Shown here: positions 17,429-25,832 of the stretch, piece after piece
Layout of the letters: each line of letters begins with the position of its first letter
How positions within the stretch are numbered: the first letter of the stretch is position 1
Source: an uncultured Candidatus Bathyarchaeia archaeon
Lineage (GTDB): Archaea > Thermoproteota > Bathyarchaeia > 40CM-2-53-6
Direction: 5' to 3'
NCBI GenBank assembly: GCA_964459245.1
Contig: CAYWMG010000070.1
Coordinates: 1 to 31,264, forward strand
DNA: 31,264 nt
Program-made: the position numbers and the translations under genes
The notes under the pieces: generated by a model
The model's input: only the letters and a program-made list of their open reading frames with translations
Told to the model about the DNA's origin: nothing
The model's database searches: none

Positions 17429-18037
17429 ATGGTCTCTCAGGAACTAGTGAGAAGGGCACAGGAACTCAAATCTAAAGGTCTATCGACATACGAAATCGCC
17501 GATGAGTTGAAGGTGCAACCTGATACTGTTGTTTGGTTGCTTCTGCGTGGAAAAGAGCGTGCCTTGAAACCAGTGCCGCATGATGTCTTCGTAGATTGGA
17601 GTCCTATAGGCTCACATACAAAACGGATGGGTTCCATTGCTTTGGCCTTAGCAGATCTTGTTCGTGAATCAATTCATGCTAGGGAGTTCGATGAACCTGA
17701 CGCGGTCGTGGCTATCGAAGGGAATGGTATCGTGTTAGGAGTGGCTCTCGCAAAGGAAATGGATAAACCGTTTGCGACTGTACGACCTCATCGAATTGCA
17801 CATAAGAAACTGCCAGGCCTGGTAAATCCGTCCTTTCACGACGTTGTTGGGAAACGAGTGCTAATAGTAGATGCCGTTCTCAGAGCAGGCGAGACACACC
17901 GCGCTGCCATCAAGACCCTGCACGATTCCAAGGCCAAGCCTGTGGCTATCGTTGTGTTGGTCAACAAGAGTGGAAAGTCGAAAATTGATTCTGTCCCACT
18001 GAAGTCGTTGATTCAGCTATTACCAGTCTCGACATAA
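17429..18037 (+). CDS. HTH + phosphoribosyltransferase-fold regulator (PyrE-like/GfcR family)
   Basis: N-terminal HTH (ELKSKGLSTYEIADELKV..TVVWLL), DV.VDWS.IG, and a degenerate PRPP loop VLIVDAVLRAGET. Confidence 0.85.
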   Translation: MVSQELVRRAQELKSKGLSTYEIADELKVQPDTVVWLLLRGKERALKPVPHDVFVDWSPIGSHTKRMGSIALALADLVRESIHAREFDEPDAVVAIEGNGIVLGVALAKEMDKPFATVRPHRIAHKKLPGLVNPSFHDVVGKRVLIVDAVLRAGETHRAAIKTLHDSKAKPVAIVVLVNKSGKSKIDSVPLKSLIQLLPVST

Positions 18038-18177
18038 CACCTGAGCAGATGGACATCAGAGGTCACTTCGTCCTCATCCAGCTGAGTAGCAGAGTACGGA
18101 TAGCCCTTTCTCTGCATAGAGAATAGTCGGCCAATCCCATTTCCCCAAGACCTTTGGTATCGGGCATTAACCTTTTG

Positions 18178-19347
18178 TCACCGCACAAACTTAGCGATGA
18201 AATAACCAATCTCGTCAGTATGAGGGTTGAATCGCTGGCATAGCGCGCCTACTTCAGTTCCTCTCAAACCAGGAGACCCTAACAATGGTTCTTGTGGAAC
18301 GAGACGAAGATTACATTCTCGTACTCCAAATTCTGCTATACTTTCGCATTCTTCTGCGGTAAAAGTGCATACACTGTAAACGATTGTACCACCGGGTTTC
18401 ACGAGATGTGAAGCTGTCTTGATGAATTGTCTCTGGTACGCAGCCAAATCTTCAATTCGATCTTGAGTTGTAAAATCGTATGCTTTAGGCCTAAGACCTA
18501 AAGCGCTACAGGGAGGATCAATTAGAACCCGATCCGGATTCAAGTGACTAAAATCTTCAGCCAAATATCTGGAGTCATGAATAGACAGTATGACATTTTC
18601 ACAACCTAGAATCGACATAATCTCTCGTGTTCGTCCTACTTTGCGCGCATTTCTGTCGAAACCGTAAATCTTTCCCTCATTCTGCATCAATTGACTGATA
18701 TGGGAGAGTTTTCCTCCAGGTGCACAATTCATATCAACTATGGTTTCTCCAGGTTTGGGATTCAATACTCTTGCCGTCAACATGGCCGCCAGTGACTGAG
18801 GGTAGAGAAGGCCAGTCGTAAATTCCTCCGTTTCACGAATTTGGGGGCTTAGAAATTTCCTGTTGGAGATTGAAACTGCTAGGCCTTTCTTGTACCTTAA
18901 TACTTCAGTATTGTTCATCTCTGCTTTTCCGGTGGCAATAACTTCACCAAACTCAGAGAGAACTGTGATGTGGTCGCCAAAGTGCATAGACCCTGCATTT
19001 ATGATTCCTGGGGCATAGACGTTAGCGCCCTGTAAGACCGACTCAGCAGTTTTCTTATCCACAATGATGCTGCGTTCTGTTCGTTGAATGTCAAACGGTC
19101 CCTTGACGGCTATTCCGAGCGCCTCGTTGACAGTTGGGTTCTGTACAATTCCAAACCCTCTCTTGTGCAGAATGGAAGCCAGCTTGTTAGGCAGGATCTT
19201 GTGGGTATTGCAACGCACATAATATGTACGAACCGGTTCTGCTAATGACCGTAGAACTTCGTCTGAAGCGTCGCCGAAGCTTTCGATGGTTTTTTTCTTT
19301 ACAACATCTGAGAATCTCGAGCTTAAATCTGATGGTGAATGCTCCAT
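18178..19347 (-). CDS. RsmB/NOP2 family m5C RNA methyltransferase with PUA domain (NSUN6-like)
   Basis: YYVRCNT, PUA-type AESVLQGANVYAPGI, DMNCAPGGK, DPPCS, YSVCT. Confidence 0.92.
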   Translation of the reverse strand: MEHSPSDLSSRFSDVVKKKTIESFGDASDEVLRSLAEPVRTYYVRCNTHKILPNKLASILHKRGFGIVQNPTVNEALGIAVKGPFDIQRTERSIIVDKKTAESVLQGANVYAPGIINAGSMHFGDHITVLSEFGEVIATGKAEMNNTEVLRYKKGLAVSISNRKFLSPQIRETEEFTTGLLYPQSLAAMLTARVLNPKPGETIVDMNCAPGGKLSHISQLMQNEGKIYGFDRNARKVGRTREIMSILGCENVILSIHDSRYLAEDFSHLNPDRVLIDPPCSALGLRPKAYDFTTQDRIEDLAAYQRQFIKTASHLVKPGGTIVYSVCTFTAEECESIAEFGVRECNLRLVPQEPLLGSPGLRGTEVGALCQRFNPHTDEIGYFIAKFVR

Positions 19348-19730
19348 TTTTTCTTGCCTAACTGTTCAATGCCTCTATCCGTCGTGAAAACGTTTGGAAG
19401 ATTGCAACTGTTATTCTTACAGTAGAATACGTGCATGCCTCAAAGCCAGAATGTGGCAAATTTCTTCTCTCTGTTAGTAACTGCGTCATTGAATGGGCGC
19501 TTCCGGAAGTACCAAAATCGTAGGCTTGCCATTTAGGTATTTCATAAGTAGTTTTCATTCAGCACGGCAAAAGAGACTAATTCTGAGTCGTTCAAGCTCA
19601 ATGGAAACGAATCGGGAAGGATATCATAAGTCGGAAATATTGCATCAAATTGGGTTTTTTCATATTTGATCTAAATTCAGGAGAACATATAATGTTCCTC
19701 TTAATGACTTTCTCGTCACACGTGTTTCCA

Positions 19731-19898
19731 ATGCGACCAAGTTCTAGATCAGCTTTCGTAAATGTTGCTGGGTTGATCGCTCTTGTTGCTTTCACGGCTT
19801 TGGTATACCTTAGAACTCAGGAACCTCTAATACTCCTGATCGGCGGACTGATCTCTGTAGTGTCTGTCATTGGCGCCACTATGGGCAAGAGCGCATAG
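19731..19898 (+). CDS. Small two-helix membrane protein (~55 aa)
   Basis: MRPSSRSAFVNVAGLIALVAFTALVYLRTQEPLILLIGGLISVVSVIGATMGKSA. Start chosen at ATG 19731; longer starts are possible. Confidence 0.5.
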   Translation: MRPSSRSAFVNVAGLIALVAFTALVYLRTQEPLILLIGGLISVVSVIGATMGKSA

Positions 19899-19927
19899 CG
19901 TACCAATTTCTTTTCTCTAGGTAGTTA

Positions 19928-20371
19928 ATGATGACTCAAACATATCCCGAGGCTACGGTCGGCGCGCTCGTGGTCAATTCAAAAGGAGAGGTGTTGATTG
20001 TTCGCTCAAGTAAATGGAGTGATAAGTATACAGTCCCTGGAGGGCATATCGAATTAGGCGAACGTGCCGAAGATGCTATCACGCGTGAAGTTAAGGAAGA
20101 AACTGGGTTAAACGTTCAAGTTGTCAAACTCTTACTTGTGCAGCAGGCAATCTATCCCAAGTACTATCATCGTCATGAACATTACGTGTTCATGGATTAT
20201 GTTTGCACGACTAAAGAAACGGACGTCAAATTGGATCGTAGAGAGTTGCAGTATTCTACTTGGGTCAGACCTGAGGATGCTCTCAAACTGGACATGGAGG
20301 AGTACACGAAGACTTTTGTAGAAAAGTATTTGGAAGAATTGAACCAAACTATACCTGACGTCAGACGGTAA
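19928..20371 (+). CDS. Nudix hydrolase
   Basis: Nudix box GGHIELGERAEDAITREVKEETG. Substrate cannot be determined from sequence. Confidence 0.92.
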   Translation: MMTQTYPEATVGALVVNSKGEVLIVRSSKWSDKYTVPGGHIELGERAEDAITREVKEETGLNVQVVKLLLVQQAIYPKYYHRHEHYVFMDYVCTTKETDVKLDRRELQYSTWVRPEDALKLDMEEYTKTFVEKYLEELNQTIPDVRR

Positions 20372-20657
20372 GTTTACGACCTACAGATTTGATCCGTCAG
20401 CTGACTATTGGCATGAACCGTTGCTCGTTGAATGCACTACTGAGTTCACCAAGAATCTGGACAAAACTCACACTGGTTTCTCGCATGTACGATTAGCATC
20501 TCCCGCAGAACTTTGAATGATATTATACTCGTGACCGCAAAGACGGATGTCGAGCAGGGCAAGTTCTACGGTAAGTTTATTCCAAGGCCGCCTCCAAATC
20601 CTATTGAGACGCAGTCAAAATGGGCTTCCATTCAAGTAAGCATCCGGCTGCATTGGA

Positions 20658-22379
20658 GTGGGAGCCTTGACTCTGGGCAAGGAGGCAACACTCTACCAAC
20701 CGCTCCCTGGTGGTAGGGTTAGATGCACGGCCTGCGCACGATACTGCAACATTGGGAAAGGACAGGTTGGACTCTGCGGAATCCGCGGAAATACTAACGG
20801 AAAACTCTGGCTCTACGTCTACGGCAAAATGATCGCTGGCCACATAGACCCAATCGAGAAGAAACCCGTAAGCCACTACATGCCCGGAACCAAAATCTTC
20901 TCAATCGCCACCACTGGCTGTAACTGGCTTTGCCATCCAGTGGGCACACAAATCCTCCTGGCAAACGGGCAGAGGAGGTGCATTGAAGACTTGTTGCCCG
21001 GAGACAGCCTATGGTCATATGACGTCGAGAATGGAATGAGGGTTACTCCTGACGTAGTCACACATCTTGGGCGCCACCGGGCCCGCCTGTGGGAGGTGCG
21101 CTATGGCTCGCATGGGCAAGGCAGATTGGTAATTACAAAAGAACACCCCATTCTCACAAAGAAGGGATGGAAGACCGTTGAAGAGCTTCGCCCCAGAGAC
21201 GAGATTCTGAGAGTTTGGTATCAAAATACTCAGGCACGGAAACGTCATGGGGCTACCTCGATCGACACCGCCCAGTTTACTTGCGGAAAATGTGACGCCC
21301 AAGTGATGGAACTCGTTCAAAAACGTGACAAAATCAAGGACAAGGTACTTCAAGCCAACGGATGGGACGCGGTGAGAATCTCGGGGACTTACCTATACAA
21401 TCATCCACAAGTAAAGACACTCATAGCAGAAGATTTGCAGCAACCAGTTCTTAGGAATAAACGCGAATGGGTCACCGTCAAAAAGGCCACACCCACATCA
21501 AGAGTCGAGCAGGTCTACAGCTTCGAATGCATACCCAAGCACAACTACGTCGCAGACGGCATAATCTCGCACAACTGCAGTTACTGTCAAAACTTCGACA
21601 TTAGTCAGAGGCGGAAGATTGAGGGGTTGGATGTGACACCTGAGTCAGTTGTGGAGATGACCAAACGCTACCGTTGTGAGGGATTGGCGTATACCTACAA
21701 TGAACCGTCGATTTTCATTGAGTTTGCACATGACATTGGGGTTCAGGCGAGGAGAGAGGGGCTGATCAACATTTTCGTCTCGAATGGGTACGATACTCCT
21801 GAGACGGTTGCTTTGATGCGTGATTTTCTTGATTGTATCACCGTCGATTTCAAGGGCAACGGAGAGACATCGTTTGTCCGGAAATATATCGGGATTGCAA
21901 ACGCGGACCCAATATTCCAAACACTACTAGAACTTCGTGATAAGACGAATGTTCACATTGAGATCACAGACCTGATCGTCCCAGAAGTTGGAGACGATCT
22001 AGGGGCTGCTAAGAAGCTCTCTTCCTGGGTGTATGATAATCTCGGGCCGGACACTCCAATCCATTTTCTAAGATTCCATCCAGACTACAAAATGATGAAC
22101 CTACCATCAACACCCATCAAAACATTAGAGAAGCACCATACGGTAGCGAAGAAAGTCGGTTTGAATTACGTTTACTTGGGCAACGTGCCGGGACACCCGC
22201 TGGAACACACGTACTGCCCAGAATGCGGAAAAGTTGTTGTGGAACGTTCAGGTTTCGACATCACGGGCTGGCACATGGATGACCAGAACAGATGCAAGTA
22301 CTGTGGAAACGAGATCGCAATCATAGGCCACTTGAGCAAATCAATAAACGAAGAACGCTTCATACCCATAATAAGATAA
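20658..22379 (+). CDS. AmmeMemoRadiSam-system radical SAM enzyme (PflA-like), intein-containing precursor; ~358 aa mature
   Basis: CTACARYC..G..GLCGIR, IDPIEKKP..H..PG, split CNWL/CSYC motif, CQN.DISQ, AYTYNEP, SNGY, VDFKG, LHFLRFHPDYKM, YVYLGNVPG, TYCPECG, C-terminal CKYCG. Confidence 0.93.
   Translation: MGALTLGKEATLYQPLPGGRVRCTACARYCNIGKGQVGLCGIRGNTNGKLWLYVYGKMIAGHIDPIEKKPVSHYMPGTKIFSIATTGCNWLCHPVGTQILLANGQRRCIEDLLPGDSLWSYDVENGMRVTPDVVTHLGRHRARLWEVRYGSHGQGRLVITKEHPILTKKGWKTVEELRPRDEILRVWYQNTQARKRHGATSIDTAQFTCGKCDAQVMELVQKRDKIKDKVLQANGWDAVRISGTYLYNHPQVKTLIAEDLQQPVLRNKREWVTVKKATPTSRVEQVYSFECIPKHNYVADGIISHNCSYCQNFDISQRRKIEGLDVTPESVVEMTKRYRCEGLAYTYNEPSIFIEFAHDIGVQARREGLINIFVSNGYDTPETVALMRDFLDCITVDFKGNGETSFVRKYIGIANADPIFQTLLELRDKTNVHIEITDLIVPEVGDDLGAAKKLSSWVYDNLGPDTPIHFLRFHPDYKMMNLPSTPIKTLEKHHTVAKKVGLNYVYLGNVPGHPLEHTYCPECGKVVVERSGFDITGWHMDDQNRCKYCGNEIAIIGHLSKSINEERFIPIIR
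20931..21575 (+). mobile_element. Intein (215 aa, residues 92-306) with a degenerate endonuclease remnant
   Basis: Block A CHPVGTQILLANG, block B ITKEHPILTKKGW, block F VYSFECIPKHNYVADG, block G IISHN followed by +1 Cys (TGC 21576). In frame. Confidence 0.95.
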
Positions 22380-22441
22380 ACCACAAACCATTCGACCTTT
22401 AACAGACATTAATCGAAATAGTCCGAATCAGCCAAAACAAA

Positions 22442-22555
22442 CTATTTCAATCCACATAATCCAATTTTTCCTTCAGGTAAGTTACAATATCCAGCACATG
22501 CAGTGCGCTTTACTCTGTCGCGTGAAAGCATCCGGTAAAACACCACTTCTCTCAA
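22442..22555 (-). pseudogene. Degenerate 5' fragment of a second AmmeMemoRadiSam radical SAM gene
   Basis: TTG-started LREVVFYRMLSRDRVKRTACAGYCNLPEGKIGLCGLK* aligns without gaps to residues 7-43 of the 20658 protein (17/37 identical by hand count). SD-like GAAGGT upstream. Confidence 0.8.
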
Positions 22556-22726
22556 GCGTCAACCTTCATGCATCGATAATTCATGTTGGAAGCCGAACCA
22601 TATTACTACAAATGCCAGTACTCATGCCGTTAACTTGGCGGCAAAGTTATGCCTGCTTACCGTTTGAGAAAGGTAACGGAGTAACTCAAATGCAGGAAGA
22701 ATCTTGTCAGAAACCGTGTCAGGTTG

Positions 22727-23371
22727 ATGAATATCGTAATACTAGGCCCTCCTGGGTCTGGAAAAGGAACGTATGCAACCCTGCTAGAGAGTCGATTAGG
22801 CATTCCGCACGTTTCCACGGGAGATCTGGTGAGGGAAGAGATTCGGAAGAAGACTCCATTAGGGGATCAGATCGCAAAGTATAGCAACTCTGGAAATCTT
22901 GTACCTGATGAAACCATAACTGAATTGCTCAAGTGTCATCTTTCACAAGAAAACTCGAAAGGATTCATTCTTGAAGGTTACCCGAGATCAATCCAACAAG
23001 CAAAGTTGCTGGAAACCATATTAAAAATAGATGTCATAATCAATCTAAATCTTCCTGACAGTGTGATTGTTGACAGGTTATCGGCTCGGACGCAGTGCAA
23101 GAAATGTGGGGCTATCTACAATGATCGGACTTTGAAACCTAAAGTCTCGGGAAAATGTGACAAATGTAGCGGAGATCTCTTCAAACGCGTGGACGACCAA
23201 CCAAAGATTATTCTAGAAAGACTCAAAGTCTATCAGCAAACTTCAGCACCAGTGGTCGACTTTTATCGTTCCAAAGGATTGTTGAAGGACGTTATCCTAG
23301 ATGACCCAAATGCCATCCCTAACGTTACGGTCGGTAGGATCATTGATTTAATCCAACCACAAAAGATCTGA
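22727..23371 (+). CDS. adk: Adenylate kinase (LID-domain type, Cys4 lid)
   Basis: ILGPPGSGKGT, STGDL.R, LVPD, GFILEGYPRS..QA, CKKCGAIYN..CDKC, R.DD. Confidence 0.95.
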   Translation: MNIVILGPPGSGKGTYATLLESRLGIPHVSTGDLVREEIRKKTPLGDQIAKYSNSGNLVPDETITELLKCHLSQENSKGFILEGYPRSIQQAKLLETILKIDVIINLNLPDSVIVDRLSARTQCKKCGAIYNDRTLKPKVSGKCDKCSGDLFKRVDDQPKIILERLKVYQQTSAPVVDFYRSKGLLKDVILDDPNAIPNVTVGRIIDLIQPQKI

Positions 23372-23462
23372 AACCATCCTGAGCAAGCTATAGCTCCGTC
23401 TCTAATGTTTTCACAGCCCAAAATGATTTCCAAAATTGCCACTTGGCCCAACTACATCTCAA

Positions 23463-24905
23463 TCAAATGCTCTGCACATGCAGCAAGTCAGTTGTTCCAC
23501 GTGGTGAGGATGGATCTCCACAAACTACTACAACTCTGTTGTTCACTTTAGTAACGAGTCCGCTGTCGACTGCAGCTCTCTTTGCCGCTGAGAAAATTTC
23601 TGCAGTTGTCTTGAGTTTCTTAACTTGGTAGGGATACACGCCCCAGAGGAGAGATAGTCTATTCATCACGGGCGGATCAGTTGTAAGTGCTATGATTGGA
23701 ACTGACGATCTGAATTTGGAAACTCTGTGTGCCGTGATGCCAGTTCGCGTGTGCGCGACGATGCAAGCCGCTTCAAGTTCGTAGGCAACAGCACAAGCTG
23801 AGAAGCTAATGGCATCCTGAACAATATCTCGTTTGAGCAAACTCTGTCTGGCATCCAGAATTGATTCATAGGGAAGCGATCGTTCTGTAGCTGCCGCAAC
23901 GTGTTTCATGACTCTGACTGCCTCGATAGGGTATTTTCCCACAGCGGTCTCTTCTGAGAGCATGATTGCGTCCGTTCCGTCAATGATTGCATTTGCAATA
24001 TCAGTCACCTCGGCGCGAGTAGGCGTGGAATTGTTTACCATAGATTCCAGCATCTGAGTGGCAGTTATAACCGGTTTGCCAGAACTATTTGATCTATGGA
24101 TTATCTTCTTCTGCAGTTCAGGAATTTCCTCCACATCCATTTCCACGCCAAGGTCGCCCCTCGCCACCATAATGCCATCCGCCTTCGTCATGATATCATC
24201 AATGTTGATTACTGCCTGTTTCGTTTCGATCTTCGCGATCGCCCACATCTTTGATCGTCTTTTGCTGATTATTCTGCTCGCCTTCTCGATATCACTTCCA
24301 CTGGTTGCAAACGAAATACCTACAAAGTCCGCTTCTTGATTAATTGCAAATTCTAGCAACTCTATATCTCTAGGAGTGAGCGTGCTTAAGCTCAGTTTCT
24401 TACCAGGAAAGTTCACTCCTTTCCCAGACGATAGATGGCCACCTCTAACAATTCGGCAGATCGCATCGCCGTTCCTAACTTCATTTACTTTCAGCCTTAC
24501 AGTTCCATCCTCAAGGAAAACTAGGTCGCCTTGCTTTAACTCCTTCAAGACTCTTGGGTGACTAATTGAGACAATTGAGTGGTTGCCAATCATGTGTCGT
24601 CCAGTGAGTGTGAGGGGGGCTCCTTCTCGCAAGACAACGGGCTCGGGGAAGACCTTGCCGATTCTAATTTTCGGCCCGGGGAGGTCCACGAGGATACCGA
24701 TTGGGATCCTAAGTTTTTGGGAGGCTGTTCGAATAGCGCAGATCCTTGTCGTGTGTTCTTCTGGTGTCCCATGAGACAAATTGAGTCTGGCCACATTCAT
24801 CCCGTTTTGGATGAGTCGAGCAATAATATGCCTTGAAGAGGTTGCTGGGCCAATGGTGCAGATGATTTTAGTCTTCGTCTTTTCAATGTTCATGTCTCGC
24901 GCCAT
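23463..24905 (-). CDS. pyk: Pyruvate kinase
   Basis: TKIICTIGPA, ARLNLSHG, DLPGPKIR, AKIE, DGIMVARGDLGVE, ATQMLESM..PTRAEVTD.ANAI.DGTDA.MLSEETAVGKYP. Confidence 0.98.
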   Translation of the reverse strand: MARDMNIEKTKTKIICTIGPATSSRHIIARLIQNGMNVARLNLSHGTPEEHTTRICAIRTASQKLRIPIGILVDLPGPKIRIGKVFPEPVVLREGAPLTLTGRHMIGNHSIVSISHPRVLKELKQGDLVFLEDGTVRLKVNEVRNGDAICRIVRGGHLSSGKGVNFPGKKLSLSTLTPRDIELLEFAINQEADFVGISFATSGSDIEKASRIISKRRSKMWAIAKIETKQAVINIDDIMTKADGIMVARGDLGVEMDVEEIPELQKKIIHRSNSSGKPVITATQMLESMVNNSTPTRAEVTDIANAIIDGTDAIMLSEETAVGKYPIEAVRVMKHVAAATERSLPYESILDARQSLLKRDIVQDAISFSACAVAYELEAACIVAHTRTGITAHRVSKFRSSVPIIALTTDPPVMNRLSLLWGVYPYQVKKLKTTAEIFSAAKRAAVDSGLVTKVNNRVVVVCGDPSSPRGTTDLLHVQSI

Positions 24906-24920
24906 CGGAATTGAGTATGC

Positions 24921-24980
24921 GAGAGCTAATCAACGTTCAGGAGAATGCTCATTTTCATGAGTGTGCTTTGCCCAGCTCTC
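24921..24980 (-). promoter_or_regulatory. Predicted stem-loop in the pyk leader
   Basis: Minus strand GAGAGCUGG/UUAGCUCUC (9 bp including 2 GU) enclosing CUCAU-GAAA-AUGAG; ends 15 nt before the pyk ATG. Confidence 0.4.
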
Positions 24981-24995
24981 AAACTGGCTCTAGCT

Positions 24996-25031
24996 GCATG
25001 TAAAAGTTAGGACTGTAAATATATTACATGC
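24996..25031. promoter_or_regulatory. Inverted repeat bracketing the AT-rich TATA-like core between divergent pyk and DtxR genes
   Basis: GCATGTAA-N20-TTACATGC; the spacer contains TTAGG (25007-25011) and TAAATATA. Confidence 0.4.
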
Positions 25032-25089
25032 CAAGATTATTTGTGCGACATACCTCATTCTTTAATGCGAGCTAGAAAAGGTCATCCCT

Positions 25090-25755
25090 TTGAATCATGA
25101 ATTCAATATAGCGCCTGAAATGTATCTGAAAACCATCTACAACCTAGAGGAAAAGATGGGTTCAGCCAAGACGGGTGATGTAGCTAAAATTCTTGGAATT
25201 ACCCCTGGTAGCGTAACTAATACCCTTGAGGTGTTAGAAACCAAGGGTTTGGTGGTTCGTGACCCCTATAGAGGCGTCAAGTTAACTAACTCAGGAAGAA
25301 AAATCGCACTCCTAGTATTCAGACGGCATAGACTGGCCGAGCGTCTATTGACCGATGTATTGCATTGTAACTGGACAGATTCACACGACGAAGCATGCAA
25401 ACTTGAGCATGCCATCAGCGAACCGTTAGCATTATCGATAGAGAAAACCTTGGGTGGACCACCCGTGTGCCCCCACGGGAATCCGATTCCTGATGAAACA
25501 GGACAGATTAAACCAGTTAACGGACAACCTCTATCAGAACTTCGGAGTGGAGAGTCTGCCATAGTTACTCGCATCCCCGATGAAAATACATCACTTCTAC
25601 GATACTTGTTAGACTTGGGGATGACTCCAGGTACGAAGATTAAAGTCGAGGAGGTTGCCCCATTCAGGGGTCCGATGCTTGTTAAAGTCGGAGCAAGCTC
25701 CTATCCACTTGGTGCTGACGTAGCTGCTGGAATCTACGTTAGTAAGAATGCCTAA
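25090..25755 (+). CDS. DtxR/MntR family metal-dependent regulator with FeoA domain
   Basis: YLKTIY, HTH ..GSVT, RRHRLAE.LL, EACKLEH, CPHGNPIP, C-terminal FeoA (LGMTPG..I.V...PF.GP); TTG start. Confidence 0.95.
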   Translation: MNHEFNIAPEMYLKTIYNLEEKMGSAKTGDVAKILGITPGSVTNTLEVLETKGLVVRDPYRGVKLTNSGRKIALLVFRRHRLAERLLTDVLHCNWTDSHDEACKLEHAISEPLALSIEKTLGGPPVCPHGNPIPDETGQIKPVNGQPLSELRSGESAIVTRIPDENTSLLRYLLDLGMTPGTKIKVEEVAPFRGPMLVKVGASSYPLGADVAAGIYVSKNA

Positions 25756-25832
25756 CAAGTAGCGAACTGTACGTCGTATGATATATTTGCAGAGAGCTCG
25801 ATTTTAATCGTAGATGGGGTTGAAATTGTCCG

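Noticed and set aside
18038-18177. Possible C/D box sRNA between the PyrE-like and NSUN6-like genes
   Set aside because: Only degenerate boxes (GGATGAG, CTGA) without a complete C-D'-C'-D order. The TTCTCT-GCAT-AGAGAA hairpin (18108-18123) is more simply a terminator between convergent genes.
19358-19600. Short ORFs upstream of the NSUN6-like gene
   Set aside because: No recognisable family in the frames I read on either strand; multiple stops.
20365-20579. 12-bp direct repeat ACGGTAAGTTTA (20365-20376 and 20568-20579) as a target-site duplication
   Set aside because: No terminal inverted repeats or transposase inside. One such match at this spacing is plausible by chance in 31 kb.
22412-22444. 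Possible TAG readthrough (pyrrolysine) extending the second radical SAM fragment
   Set aside because: The sequence after TAG (FVLADSDYFD*) has no homology and stops again within 11 codons.
22498-22884. 128-aa plus-strand ORF
   Set aside because: No recognisable motifs; overlaps adk and lies antisense to the radical SAM pseudogene fragment.
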